From positions 7,444,275-7,508,274 of the forward strand of contig NC_057756.1 of the NCBI RefSeq assembly GCF_004010195.1: a stretch of 64,000 nucleotides of DNA, given 5' to 3'. Of the stretch, positions 13,217 through 26,807 are shown piece by piece. Made by a program: the position numbers and the translations under genes. Position 1 is the first letter of the stretch, and every line of letters starts with the position of its first letter. The notes under the pieces are model-generated. The model did no database searches and was not told the origin of the DNA. It was given only the letters and a program-made list of their open reading frames with translations. The DNA comes from Chiloscyllium plagiosum. Its lineage: Eukaryota.

Positions 13217-13970
13217 CAGTGTAGGCTATTGCACAAACTACGGAGGCATGGGATTGAGGGTGATTTTGTGGTTTGGATCAGAAAATGGCTAGCTGATAGA
13301 AGACAGGGTGTGGTGGTTGATGGGAAATGTTCATCCTGGAATTTAGTTCCTAGTGGTTTGCCACAAGGATATGTTTTGGGTCCACTGTTGTTTATCATTT
13401 TTATAAATGACCCGGATGAGAGTGTAGAAGGCTGGGTTAAAAGATTTGTGGATGACACTAATGTCAGTAGAGTTCTTGGTCGTGCTGAAGGATGTTGTAG
13501 ATTACAGGTGAACATAGATAAGCTGCAGAGCTGAGCTGAGAGCTGGCAAATCTAGTTTAATGTGGAAAAGTTCCAGGTGATTCACTTTGGAAGGAGTAAC
13601 AGGAATGAAGAAAACTGGGTTAAAGTTTGCAGTGGAGATGAGCAGAGGGAGCTCGGTGTCCATGTACATGGATCCCTGAAGGTTGCCTCCCAGGTTGACA
13701 GGGTTGTTATGAAGGCATACGATGTATTAGCTTTTATTGGTAGAGGAACTGAGTTTCGGAACCATGAGTTCATCATGCAGCAGCTGTACAAAACTCTGGT
13801 GTGGCCACACTTGGAGTATTGCGCACAGTTGTAGGAAGGATGTGGAAGTGTTGGAAAGGCTTCAGTGGAGATTTGCTAGGCAGTTGCCAGGATCGAATGA
13901 AGGTCTTACGAGAAAAGGGTAATGGATTTGAGGCTGTTTTCATTAAAGAGAAGAAGGTTCAGAGGTGATA

Positions 13971-14280
13971 TTTTTTAAATTAGATTTCTTCCAGTGTGGA
14001 AACAGGCCCTTCAGCCCAACAAGTCCACACCGATCTGCTGAAGCGCACCCACCCAAACACATTCCCCTACACCTAACACTACTGGCAATTTAGCATGGCC
14101 AATTCACGTAACCTGCACATTTTTGGGCTGTGGGAGGAAACCGGAGCACCCGAAGGAAACCCACTCAGATACGGGGAGAATGTGCAAACTCCACACCGTC
14201 AGTTGCCTGAGGTGGGAATTGAACCTGGGTCTCTAGCTCTGTGAGGCAACAGTGCTAACAACTGTTCAACCGTGCAGCCC
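13971..14280 (-). mobile_element. tRNA-derived HE1/V-SINE-type SINE
   Basis: The minus strand shows A/B-box-like motifs (gttagcactgttgcctcacag...ggttcaattcc) and the central gtggagtttgcacattctcccc...ggtttcctcccacag domain. It is absent at the paralogous site ~55468. Confidence 0.85.
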
Positions 14281-15551
14281 ACTATTTGAGATATATAATA
14301 TAATCAGAGGTCATGGGAGGGTGAACAGGTGAGAACTTTTTTCCACGAATTGCGATGGCTAGCACGAGAGGACATAGCTTTAAATTGAGGTGTGATAGAC
14401 ATTAGACAGATGTCAGTGGTAGTTTCTTTACTCAGAGAGTGGTAGGGGCATGGAACACACAGCTTGCTACAGGAGTAGACTCAGCAACTTTAAGTGCATT
14501 TAAATGGTAATTGGATAGATATATGGGAGAAAATGAAATAGTGCAGCGTAGATGTGCTTCAGATTGGTTTCACAGATCGGCGCAACATCAATGGCTGACC
14601 GGTCTGCACTGTGCGGTAATGTTCTATGTTCAGAGAAGTTTCCTCAAGCAGCATATAGAGGTTCCTACTCGGGAAAGGGCCAAACTCAACCTAGTCCTGC
14701 GAAATAGGGTTGGTCAGGTGATGGAGTGACAATGGGGGAGCACTTTGGGACCAGTGACCACAGTTCTATGAAGTTTAAAATATGTTTGGAAAGGGACAGA
14801 ACTGGCCCACAGGTTCAAGGTCTAAATTGGGGCAAGGAGAATTTTGATGGAATTCGACAGGAGCTTGCAGGGATTGAGTGGAACAGTTTATTTGAAGGCA
14901 AAGGGATGTCTGGCAAGTGGGAGGTGCTTAAAAATGAGACAGCTAGATCTGAAAGTCTATGTGTTCCTGTGAGGGTGAAGGGCAAGTTTGGTACGAATAT
15001 GATGAAAAGAAACATTGAGGCTTTGACCAGGAAAAAACAAAGGTACAGGCAGCCAGTACCAAGGGAATCCCTGGAGATATCTAGAAAGTACAGGCGTTTA
15101 CTGAAGTAGGAAATCAGCTGAGCAAAAAAGGGGCAGGAGGTTGCCTTGGCTGAAAAGATGAGGGTGAATCCAAAGAGTTATTTTAAATATATTAAAGTAA
15201 ATTAAAGGAAAAAGAATACTGAGAGTGAGAATAGGTCCCGATAAGGATCAAAGTGGAAATGCATGTGTAGAGATGGGTGAGATTCTCACAGATTATTTCT
15301 CCTTGTTGGACACTTATGAAGTTAGTTGTGATATCTTGGGGACAGTCCACATCTCAGCAGAGGCGGTGCTGGATGTATTACAATGTATAATGGTAGATAA
15401 ATCTCCTGGTCCTGATCAGATTTATTCACAAACATTGCAAGAGACTTGAGAGCTATATTAGGGACCCTGGCTAATCTTTTTTGCATCATTGTTAGCCACG
15501 GATGGGGTCCCAGAAGACTGAAGGTTAGCCAAAGTTGTGCCATTATTCAAT

Positions 15552-15722
15552 AGCAACATTTAAGAGGCATTGGATGGGTATATGAATAGGAAGGGTTTTG
15601 AGGGATATGGGCCGGGTGCTGGCAGGTGGGACGAGATTGGGTTGGGATATCTGGTCGGCATGGACGGGTTGGACCGAAGGGTCAGTTTCCATGCTGTACA
15701 ACTCTATGACTCTATGACTCTA
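15552..15722 (+). mobile_element. Young, heavily 5'-truncated CR1 tail inserted into an older CR1
   Basis: Ends in (actctatg)n. The paralog at ~56740 reads uninterrupted ttattcaagaagggctgc. Confidence 0.85.
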
Positions 15723-17961
15723 TAAGGGCTGCAAAGGAAACGCTGGAAACTATAGACCAGTAACCCAAACATCTGTGGTAGGAAAGTTACCCTTGAGAAG
15801 ATTCTGAGGAATAAGATTTCCACACATTTGGAAAGATAGGGTTTTATGTGGAGTAGACAGCATGGCTTTTTGACTGGGTGAACATTGGCTGTCAAATTTG
15901 TTGGAGTTCTTTGATGAAATGAACAGAATGTTTGACGAGGGCAGGGCGATATATGTAGTCTATATGGATTTCAGTAAGGCCTTTGATAAGGATCTACATG
16001 GTAAGCTATTCTGAAAGGTTGGTTCGCAAGGAATCCAGGACGAGCTGGCAAATTGAATACAAAATTGGCTTGATGGTGGGAAGCAGAGGTTAATAGTGGA
16101 AGGATGCTTGTTGAACTGGAGACCTGAGATTGGTAGAGTACCTTAAGATTGGTGCTGGACCCATTACTGTTTGGTATACATATCAATGATTTGGATGAGA
16201 ATGTACAAGGCATGATTAGTAAGTTTGCAGATGACACTAAAATAGGCAGTATTGTGGACAGTGAAGAAGATTATCAAAAACTGCAGCAGTACCTTGGCCA
16301 GCTGGGCAAGTGGGCTGTGAAATGGCAAATGGAGATTAACATCAATAGGTGTGAGGTCTTGCATTTTGTAAAGTCAAGCCAAGGTAGGAGGCTCATGGTG
16401 AATGGTAGGGCCTTCAGGAATGCAGTGGAACAGAGGCATCGTGGAGTTCAGGTTCACACTTCTCTGAAAGTGGAGTCACAGGTAGATAGGGCAGTGAAGA
16501 AAGCATTTAGTACACTAGCCTTCATCAGGCAGAGCATTCAGCATTGAAGTTGGGAAGTTATGTTTCACATGTACAGGACGTTTGTAAGACCGCACTTGGA
16601 GCATTGTGTTCAATTTTGGTCAGCTTGCTATTGGAAGAATATTATTAAACTGGAAAGCTCGCAGAAGGAATTTACAGAGATGTTGCCAGGACTCAATGGC
16701 CTGGGTTATAGGGAGAGGTTGAACAAGCTTGGACTTTTTTCTTTCAAGTCGAGGAGCCTGAGGTGGTGGTGGGGATTTACTGAGGTGTATAAAATCATGA
16801 GGGGCACAAATAAGGTGAACGCAATCAGTCTTTTTTCCCAGGGTTGGGTCATCGAGGACGAGAGGGCAGAAAGGTTCGAGGGGAAGTAATAAAAAGGGGC
16901 AACTTTTTTTTACACAGGAGGTGGATGGACATTTTGCTCGCCATGGGCCTGTTTGGTCCAAAGGCCCTGTCTCCGTGTCAGGGATTCTCTGACTGTATGA
17001 CTCAATGTGAAGTAGGAAGAATATCCCAGAGGATGAAGGAGCAGCAAAGTTCATGATTTTAGCTGAGAATCTACTGAGGGATTTCAAACCATTCCAGTGT
17101 AGCTATTTTTGCATGACTAGTGGGAAAAGAACATTGATTGAATGGAAACATTAAAACAAAGGTGTTTCATTTAATTAATTTTGAGTTCAGTGTAGGAAGA
17201 AGTAGGTGTCGTTCTCAATAACTGGTGCCACCAGAACCAAGGGCTCATAGGACAAGAAATAGATCATTTTGGACAAAGATAGCAAGTCATTTATTCACCC
17301 AGAGCATGATGATACCAAGGAATCCTCTGCCAAAGAAAGTGGTTGAATCCAAAACTTTGGACGTTTTCAAGAAAGTAATCGATATATTTTTATCAAGCTA
17401 AAGTGATTAAAGGATGTCAGGAGAAAGCGGTGAGCAGAGACCTGAATTGTATGATCGGCCATCATTAATATTGGGTGGTGAAGTAGGTTTGAAAGACTGA
17501 ATGGACTCACCCTACTCATGTATTCTATGTCTCTGTGTTTGATTGAGATGCCTCCGTAGAAGCAGCAGCAGCTTATTAGCTTCAGCTGTTGTATTACTTT
17601 GGTTGCTGGATCTGTCAAACAGAAGTATTGGTTTCAATCTCTTTAGGAATTTGAAAGGTTGTATTGATTTATGAAAATGACAGGCAATTTTTTCATACAA
17701 ATGGTGGTGTGTGTATGGAATGAGATGCCAGATGAGGTGATGGAGGCTGGAATAATTATAAGACAGAAAAGGCATCTGGATGGGTAAATGAATAGGATAT
17801 ATTTAGAGAGATATGGGCCAAGTGCTGGCAAATGAGACGAGGTCAGAGAGGGAGGTCTGGTCAGCATGGATCGGTTTGACTGAAGGATCTGTTTCCGTGC
17901 TGAACAACTGTATGACTTTATGATTTCTGCAAATCATTGCTCACAGGGATTGTTCTATCAA

Positions 17962-18134
17962 TGAGTCACTAAGGGTATAAGCCTTCTCTTTGATATTTTC
18001 TTATGAAGTCAGAACGAAGTAATTTGAATGAAACAGGGACTTAATATCTCGGTGGTAATATATTTTCCATAACAGGTAAGAAATAGCAATGATGCAACTT
18101 TAACATCCCCTTGAGAATCTGAAAGAGTATAAAA
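17962..18134 (+). promoter_or_regulatory. Putative proximal promoter of copy B1
   Basis: TGAGTCA at 17962-17968, TGATGCAAC at 18090-18098 and TATAAAA at 18128-18134, 87 bp before the ATG. Confidence 0.55.
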
Positions 18135-18214
18135 TGGTTTCTGAACGCAGTAATACGATGTTCAACTCGAAGGTTTTGGTTTCACCATCCAGGATTAGAA
18201 CTTTCCCACGCAAA

Positions 18215-18281
18215 ATGCTGCAGTTGTTCACCATTGTTGACAAAGTATATTACATCACTATTGCTGCTATTGGCGTCCCTG
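18215..18281 (+). CDS. GPCR copy B1, coding exon 1 (MLQLFTIVDKVYYITIAAIGVP + first base of Val)
   Basis: ATG at 18215 in aaaATGc context, then donor G|GTAAGT at 18282. The phase-1 join to the acceptor at 21454-21455 rebuilds TM1 IGVP-VNTLAIVILS. The peptide is identical in the other two exon-1 copies. Confidence 0.88.
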
Positions 18282-18304
18282 GTAAGTCCTTTTTTTATAA
18301 TTCA

Positions 18305-18640
18305 TTCATATGATGTGGGCATCGCTGGCTAGGCCAGCATTTATGGCTCAGAGGGGAGTTTAGGAGTAGGACACATTGCTGTCGGTCTGGAGTCGCATGT
18401 TGGTCAGACAAGATAAGGATAGCACTTTCCTTCCCGAAAGGACATTAGTGAACTAGACCGATTATACAAAAAATCAACAATGGATTCATGATTGTCATTA
18501 AACTCTTAATTCCAGATTTTTGTTTTCGTTGAATTCAAGTTCCATCATCTACTATAGGGAGTCAAATCTGCGTACCCAGTACATTACCGGGGTCTCTGGA
18601 TTAATAGTCCAGTGATAATGTTGTGAGGCAATTCCCTTCC
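18305..18640 (-). mobile_element. tRNA-derived SINE (second family, possibly SacSINE1-like) just inside the intron; paralogs ~37762-38080, ~59462-59800
   Basis: The minus strand has a tRNA-like head (actggactattaatccagagacc) and a tail (ataaatgctggcctagccagcgatgcccacatc) shared with the LINE at 7075-7865. Other fragments occur at ~3985-4145, ~27950-28093 and ~30847-30960. Confidence 0.7.
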
Positions 18641-21455
18641 CTTAGCCGAACTTTGAAAGTTGCATCAATGGAATGCCATGCGAATGTGCTTATATTTTGC
18701 TCGAAGTATTTACCAATTGTATTCACTGCAGGTCAGTAAGCACTGCCATCATCGGACATGCATTATCAGGATTGTTGCAAGTTTTGACTGGAACTTAATG
18801 ATAGGAGAATCTCTGTGAGCAGTAGATTGCAGCGATCAGAGACTCAGAGAGATATACAGCACGGAAACACAGCCTCCAGTCAAGCCAGCTATTAATATGG
18901 TGGCAAGGTAAGACACTGTAGTCAGACCGCCTGTCTCTCCAGTTTCTTTTCCTTGTCCTTCCTTTCTTCATCACCAGTTTGCAGTATTTTTTCACACATC
19001 CACCTCCCACCCCCGCCCAACCCAAAAGCTTTTAACTACCCCAGCTGGGGAATGGAGATGAGTCATGACCGGAGACAGGACAGGGGTGAGCAGGGGCCAA
19101 AACACAGACAGAATCCTCAGGTTACGGCAGTAGGAAATCCCTGTCCCAGAAAGGCATGTGGGGAATCCTGAGTCCCAGAGTGGCAAGTGGGGAATCCCAA
19201 GATCCGGAGCAGCATGATGTGAAGCGTCACTAATCTTGTTGCTGCTGAGTGCCGGTGAAAGATTGGTCCGGATGCTGGAGAGATGGGGGACACTTGTTGG
19301 ACTTGGGCCCTCGCACCATGTGCTGAGCTGCTGCTGTTGTAATGCTTTACCGGGCTGTAATGTAAATAGCTACCTCATTCCGGACTCATACTCAGACACT
19401 GTCAGTAATGCTACTGCTTCCCTTTTGAAGCTCTTTTGTCTAATATCACTGTATGTTTTTACTCTGTGCGATTTGTACTTGTACCAAAGATGGCATCATT
19501 AAATGGCAGCTATTGTAAAATCTTTCCACTGTACTCCTGTACTTCTGTACTGGAGGATAAGTGACAACAAAGGATATTCATTATGTATAGTTCTGTTGAG
19601 TTGATGACTTGCAAGGAAGACGTTTCCTTGCTTAACACATCTTATTCCAATTTTCTTGTTGAACAATTAAGATTTTCCTTTTCAAAAAATAGAGAAAGAA
19701 GCGCTAATATTTCCTAATCTCAGTGAGTTACATGAAGCAGTGAAATGTATTCAATTACACATCGCCAGTACTGTGGATGTTTTCCAGTCTTCAACATAAT
19801 TAGTGATTCGAAATGTAGTTTCCAAAAATTTATATATATATGAGATGCTAAATTTTGAAAAGGCATATCAGAGCAGGACTACTTCACTAGTTGTCATGGA
19901 TCCTGGGGACTATTGCCGGGCAAACAGATCTTGGAATGCACGTACATAGTTCCTGAAAGTGGAGTTGCTCATAGACAGGATAGTAAAGAAGGTGTTTAGT
20001 TCACTTGGCTTTAATGGGCAGTGCATTGAATGTAGGAGTTGCGATGTCAGGTTGTGGCTGTACAAGACATTGGTTAAGCCACTTCTGGAAAACTGCCATT
20101 ATTTCTATTCTCCCTGTGATAGGAAAGATGCTGTTAAACTTGAAAGTGTTCGGAAAAGGTTTACAAGGATGTTAACAGGGACTGCAGGTCTGAGCTGTAG
20201 GGATAGGCTGGGGCTGTGTTCCCTGGAGCATCGAAGACTGAGGGGCATGGATAGAGTGAATACTCAAGGACTTTTCCCCTGGGTAAGGGGATCCAAAACC
20301 CGAGGGCATTTGGTTTAAGGTAAGAGGGGCAAGATTTAAAAGGAATCTAAGGGGCAGCTTTTTCATGCAGAGCGTGATGTGTGTATGGAAAGAGCTGCTA
20401 GAGAAAGTGGTGGAGGCTGGTACAAGTACAACAATTAAAAGGCATCTGGATGGGCAAAAAAAAGAAGGATTGAGAGTGATATTGGCCAAATGCTGGTAAA
20501 TGGGACTAGATTAATTTAGAATATCTGCTCAGCATGGATGAGTGGACTGAAGGGTCTGTTTCTGTACTGTTCTCAAAGTGACTGAAAGCAATTGTTGGAG
20601 TGTAGCATAGACAGCTGGTTGTGCGCACAGAGAAAACAGGCCATTTGCAAGAACAAGTTAAAATATATGCTTTTTCACATGAAAGAATACTTTGCTCTGT
20701 CTTATCCTTTGTTAAACTGCTGGATCATTTAACAGCTCTGTTTGGTTATCTTGATGTTCATCAGTGGTTTCATTTATCTCACAGCAAATCTCAGTTTCTC
20801 AATGGATATCCTTCATGCGTCCAATTCCCAACACCAGGTCCACTTGTTGATAGAGTGTGAATCTGATCTCTCACTGCAGATGCCAATGTTCTCATATTCT
20901 TGTCAAGCATTTTTTAATGAATGCGGATATCCCACAAGGCAGGGTAATGTCATGTAATGTTGTCAAATCCATGATTCTGGGCATTATGTTTTTAATGCGG
21001 TTTTCATTCTTTGTCAGCTTGCATTGTGACCATGTTAAAATGTGTCCTTTCAATATTTAAGTCCGTAGCTCCTTGGCTGGGAGAATAGCTTGGTTAATTG
21101 TTCAGAACACGGAAGTGAAATGGACAATTTGCTGTCCTGCTCATATTTCTGTTCTTCCATTCACAGAATGATGTCAGTTAAGCCAATATAACATGTTCAA
21201 CCTGATTCTGTTCACAACAGTGACATATTAAAATGACCACTTTCCACCTACCTAGCGATTTTGTAGTAATTCATGTTGAACACCATGCAGCCACTCGCTT
21301 TGTTTATTGGATGCAGCTTAACATGTGATGGAATCGGGATGAAAATTATTTTTACATTTCAATAGTCTTCCTGACTGCCCTAATGTCTTCTCGACTCAAA
21401 TGGAAGACAGTTTGACTTACAATTTCGAAACTAACTTCAGTTTTCTTTCTTATAG

Positions 21456-22365
21456 TTAACACACTGGCAATTGTGATCTTGTCTCAAGGAAAATGCGGCC
21501 TCTCCAGATGCACTACTCATTACCTGGTGGCCATGGCAACAGCGGATCTGATGTTCATCATCACTGACGTTATATTGTATCAACTGAATCAGTACTTTTA
21601 TCAAGGATCATTCCTATATCTTACACCTGCTTGCATTGTGATTCAGTTCCTGCTTTATGTGAGTTCAGACTGTTCTGTCTGGTTCACTGTCACTTTCGCC
21701 GCTGATCGGTTTGTGACATTTGTTGCCGGAAACTGAAACTGAAATATTGTACAGTGAAAACAGCAGCCGTTATTCTTACAACGACCTGCATTATTTTCTC
21801 TCTAAAAAGTATTCCCATTTTCATGACTCGAGAAACTATGATTGTGGTTGAAAATGTACACTGGTCTTGTCAAATTAAGGACAGCTATTACACTGAAATC
21901 AGGTGGATAGTTTACGACTGGTTTCAGAAGGTGTTGACACCATTACTCCCATTCAGTTTAGTTTTGCTCTTTAATGCTTTGACAGTCAGATACGTTTTAG
22001 TGGCGAATCGGATCCGTAAAGGATTGAGGAGTCAGAACATGGAAGAGAAGCGCAGTGATCCTGAGATGGAGAGCAGAAGGAAGTCAATGATTTTACTGTT
22101 TACCATATCGAGTAGCTTTATATTGTTGTGGTCACCCTATGTAATAATTTTCATATATTATCAAATTGCAGCAATTGATCCCAAATATTACAACAACAGT
22201 TTGCTTGTATTTGAAAAAATTGGATATATGCTGCTGAGTTTGAGTTGCTGCACAAATACGTTTATTTATGGAGTAACTCAGTCAAAGTTCAGGGAACAGT
22301 TCATTTGCGCAGTGAAATACCCACTGACTGCAATCAAAACAGTGTTTACTTTTAGAATGAGTTGA
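21456..22365 (+). pseudogene. GPCR copy B1, exon 2, with a single 1-bp frameshift (recent pseudogene or sequencing error)
   Basis: Acceptor ttatAG at 21454-21455. The exon is 910 bp against 911. It reads GTGACATTT at ~21717 where copy B2 reads GTGACCATTT, which splits it into ORFs 21473-21736 and 21754-22365. All 7TM motifs are otherwise intact. Confidence 0.85.
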
Positions 22366-23174
22366 TGACGATCTTTAAGACAGTGCCATGTCCGGCTGTT
22401 ATCCTGAGTGCAGCATTAAGTAGTAAACTTCCATGACATTATTTGTATCAAAAATGTTGTTTTTTTATGAAAGTACGAATAGCATTCTCTTCGATTGAAT
22501 GTTATTTTGCTGGTATTGCCATAACGCTGAGACAAACTTCTTCATCTTCACTGAAGGAAATGTAATGAAGCATTTGTTCAAGAAAGCTACACCATGGTAG
22601 CATCCATAGAGACAGAGGAAAATTTCCATGAAATCGACAGGCAGAAGTGAATTAAGGATATTGCATTCCATCAAAGAGGTAGCACCGAAATTAACCACGG
22701 GGCCCCTCATTACTGTTGGCAGTGAATTGCAAACGAATCCACTCACATTCTGTTTACTCCATTTCAGTTTTGCTTTGTAATAACCTTTCCTCTCATTTCA
22801 TTTACCTCAGAAATGATCTGTTAGGGTCCGACATTATGTTATTATTGAACAGCTCAGATACGAAACAGAAATCAGGATTGCTTGTTCATGTTTATTTTAT
22901 TTCTCATTTAACGTGGTCGGCTTTCAGTGAAAGATAAGTCTGCAACTCTGCACATTTGGTTTTAATAATGAAAACGGTCAGGATTAAAGTCAATGAAAAT
23001 AATGAGAAAGTATCTGTGCTCTTCACATACACGAAAGGTTAAAAATTTTCAAAGGACATGACAAAGATATCCTGCCATTTAACTTTACTGTACTGTGCAA
23101 CATCTATAGCTCTGACTTAGCTGCTTCTTTCACTTCCTGTTCTTGGTATTTGTTTGACGTGCTCTTGATTATCA

Positions 23175-23490
23175 CGCAACATGGGCTCAGTGGTTAGCAC
23201 TGATGCCTCACAATGCCAAGGACCTGGGTTAGATTCCTGCCTCAGGAAACTGTGTGGAGTTCGCACATTCTCCCCGTGTCTGCGTGGGTTTCCTCGGGTG
23301 CTCTCTTTCCTCCCACAATCCAAAGATGATCAGGTCAAGTGAATTGCCCATGCTAAATTGCCCATACTGTTAGTTGCATTAGTCAGTGGTAAATAGAGTC
23401 TAAGGTCTTGGATTGGCTACACTTCGGAGGGGCGGTGTGGACTTGTTGTGCCGAACGGCCTGTTTCCGCATTGTAGGGAACCTAATCTCA
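23175..23490 (+). mobile_element. HE1/V-SINE-type SINE
   Basis: ggctcagtggttagcactgatgcctcac...tgtgtggagttcgcacattctccccgtgtctgcgtgggtttcc. It is absent from the homologous A flanks. Confidence 0.85.
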
Positions 23491-26400
23491 AAATACTTAG
23501 CAGCAAAGGTCCCTATCTGATTTCTGACCAAAGATTCCTGGCCTGGAATTTTCACATTAATACACTTGTAGTAGGATAACAGTTTCAAACTATTCTGAAT
23601 GAACTCTTGTCCAGAAGCAAATCTGTTTCAAACTACCTTCATCCAGTCTCTGTGAAATGCCATCAATTCCACACAAGTTACGTTTCTCATTTCACAAGAA
23701 AATCTTTACTCTTCAAAACCCAAAGCACGTCAAAGGTGTCTTCTTGTGATCATAAAACTCTTGGAATGCAAATGATCTCAGAACATCTCTCCAGTGTTGC
23801 CCCAGTTACCTGCTTTCTGACCCATGATGTTTGAGTTCATGGCTCCAGAAAAAACAAACATTATTTATTACCCTTCATGCACACAGATCATAAACTGAAT
23901 GCAAAAGTACATTATATTCCAGCAACATAAATAGTGCCCCGTATATCATGTTCCTTTGTTTGCATATTATTGCCAGAAGGCAAACGACACCAGATTATAG
24001 CCCAACAGGTTTATTTGAAACCACACGCATTTGGAGCACCGCTGTTTCATCTAGTGAAGTGCCCTGTGACTTCTGACTGTGTCCACCCCACTCCAACACC
24101 AGCACCGCCATCATTTATATTATTGCACTGACATTTTATTTTCGAAATTTCTACATTCTGAATATTCTGATAATACATCATTTTCTCATATTATGTTGGT
24201 CTTTTTTGGCGCTATTTACTGAGTTATTTGCTTTGCACATGCTATCTTTCGAATATGCCTCAATAGAAATAGATCTGTCTGTCTATCCAAACCTATAGCA
24301 TAAAAAAAATGACAGTAATGGGTACTGTATAATGGTTTTCATTGCTTGCAAAATCTCATGTGGTTCACTCATATCCTTTGAGGATTGAAAATGCCATCCT
24401 TATTTATTCTGACCTACTTGTGACTCCAGATCCACAGCTGTGTGGTGACTTTTAGCTGATCTTTCTGCAATTACTGATGGGTAAAAAGTTGTCTTCAGTA
24501 GCAACATCCACGTTCAATGAATGCATTAAAATAAAACCAGATCACATTTAGGTTTCTGGCTGTTATCTTCTATGTTTGAAAGAAAGGATCTTGATTTTAA
24601 CTTATGACTGTTGTTTCAAATTTCTGGTACGAGAAAATAATAGTAAAAAAAACCATACTGCTTTCAGTCACTTTCACACTCTCTACTGCAAAGTTAATGA
24701 CACAAACCTTTCTTGTTGACAATTCTCTGTGACTGATCTTTTCTGTTCACGGTGTAAACTGGAAAGTGGCTTCCAACTCTGAACCATTGATCACTATCCA
24801 TCCTGCCTCCAGTCATTGGTTGCAGAAATTCACATTGAACGTCTTGCTACCTTAAAAGTGACAGTGCCTGTGTATTTTGAACAGTATCTGACATTTCATC
24901 ACAGTCGAACCCAACGAAGAAAGAATATAAGTGAATTTAAGCTGCTCCAGTTCCGATTTAAAAACGTTTCCATTTACCATGGCCCTAGTACTCCAATGGA
25001 TCCTACTTCAACTATGGGTCAACTTTGAAACGCACGTTGTTGCTCACAAATCCCAACATGTCCTCTGTCCTTCATCTCAGTGCCACCTTCTGTATTTCTA
25101 CAAGAAGGTCACTCTCTGACTATTCTATTCCTCCATATATGTTTTAAAGTCGTCCAGCATTATGAAAGCTACAAACGTACATCTTACCATATGAGTCAAT
25201 AAGGGTAGGTCATCTGAGTTCTAAAGGCTATACCGACATTGACTAAGCCCAAAGCTGATAAGATTATGACTTTATTTCCACATTGTAACCTACCAATGAC
25301 ACCGTGGCCACCCCTTTGTCCGGCATCAGTTTGCACGTGTCTCGTGTGTATTATGTGATTCAGTCTCCATCACCCTCTGGTTAGAAAGTTACAAAAATGC
25401 ACTTTGTGTTAAAGATTTTCAGCAACAACTGAATCTACAACATTGCTGACTCCTCTATCGTTAAAGGTGCATGTTTCACAACTCTCTTTTTCAATGTCAC
25501 TTTTGGGACTATGTTTAGGGTTGACTGTTGATTATCTATCATATTATTTCTGTGTAGGTTTCAGTGTCACGGTTTCGGGGTGAATGCTACCATGGAATAC
25601 TTTTGGCCTTTCATAAATCCTAGTTCTTTATAAACATGTCCCTTTTGTGACTGACATATAGTATTCTTTAACAATTGCTTTGCTTTGCAATTTAAAGATA
25701 ATTTCGTATTCCTGCTTAATTGAGTTCCTATTTCTCTAAGGGAAGGTAATACCACAATGATAGTGGGAATACAGGTAGGAAGGCCAAAGTAGGTACAATG
25801 TCACTTTCTGATGTCACAGCAAAATGGAATTGCTTTATCTTATTATGATACGGTCAAATGGATACTATCTGTATGTCGGACTGAGGACAAAGAGCTCAAA
25901 TAACCAGGTCTCTTTTATGGATTTATTTTGAACAAAACTACAGTTATCCAATGAAGATACAGACAGGCCGATTGTCGTTATTGGAATAGGAATTTCCTGA
26001 TTGAGGCTGTTAATGTGGTTCAGTCAGGGAGACCTGACTGACTAACATGAACAGGAGTGTCAGAGGGTCTGCGCACTTGAGGAGCTGGTATTGAGCTAGC
26101 TGGGACAGTGGCATGTACAATAACGAGATACTGGCCTCTCTGGAGCTGAGACTGTCTGCATGTGTGTGTCTGTGTAACATGTACAGTCCCCAGCAGAGGG
26201 AATCAGGCTGTGATTGTCTGTGTGTGAGTCGGTGACGATTCAGACAGTGAGTGATGATTCAGTCAAAATCACAGGCAATTAGAAATTGCAGCTCTAATTA
26301 ACCAATGCAACCTCTTAAAAGAACATTGAAAAGGCACCTGGATGGGTGCAATAATATGAAGGGTGTAGAGGCATATGGGTCAAATGCTGGCAAACAGGAC

Positions 26401-26807
26401 AAAGATTAATTTTGCATATCTGCTCGGCACAGATGTAGAACTCTGTGACGCCATATTTCTCACTAGCTCATGAGATAATAGATGTGTTGGTGTCAATATT
26501 CTAAAATTCAGAACCAAATCTGGAAAGGTTCAATAAGATTATACAGTAACAAAGTTTTTCTTTGATGAAGAAAAGGTTAGGGAAAGCAGTAAATATAGGC
26601 CAGCTAGCCTGGTGACTCTGAAGGTGAAATTGTTAGCATTGATCCTGAAGGAGAATCTCATTGGAAAACTTGGGAAGAGTCAGCTGGAATTTTTGAAATG
26701 GAGATTAATTTTAGTCAACTCCCAGAATTCTTTGAATGAGTTACGTATGCTATTGATAAAGGGGAGCTCATTGATGTATTTCATTTGGATTCCAAAGTCA
26801 CTGTACA

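Larger units (their letters stand above)
13217..17000 (+). mobile_element. Two adjacent decayed CR1 LINEs (RT domains), with nested insertions
   Basis: Encodes SGLPQGYVLGPLLFIIFIND...FVDDT (13229-13534) and LDPLLFGIHINDLDE...SKFADDTK (16149-16547), with many stops and frameshifts. Confidence 0.9.
453..22835 (+). repeat. Segmental duplication unit 1 (A1+B1), paralogous to ~39500-64000
   Basis: Colinear genes, transposons and microsatellites, for example ORF pairs 3256/42783, 7679/48171, 13229/54728 and 16149/57172. The offset grows from ~39.0 to ~41.2 kb through indels. Confidence 0.93.

Noticed and set aside
12763..13515. 250-aa and 151-aa ORFs
   Set aside because: They are artefacts of reading through the N gap and antisense CR1 sequence.
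13229..16889. RT-like ORFs as an active or domesticated reverse transcriptase system
   Set aside because: They are fragmented by many stops and frameshifts in both paralogs and are ordinary CR1 relics.
23175..23250. tRNA genes here and at 14200-14280 and 32270-32341
   Set aside because: They are tRNA-derived SINE heads followed by SINE body sequence, with no complete cloverleaf.
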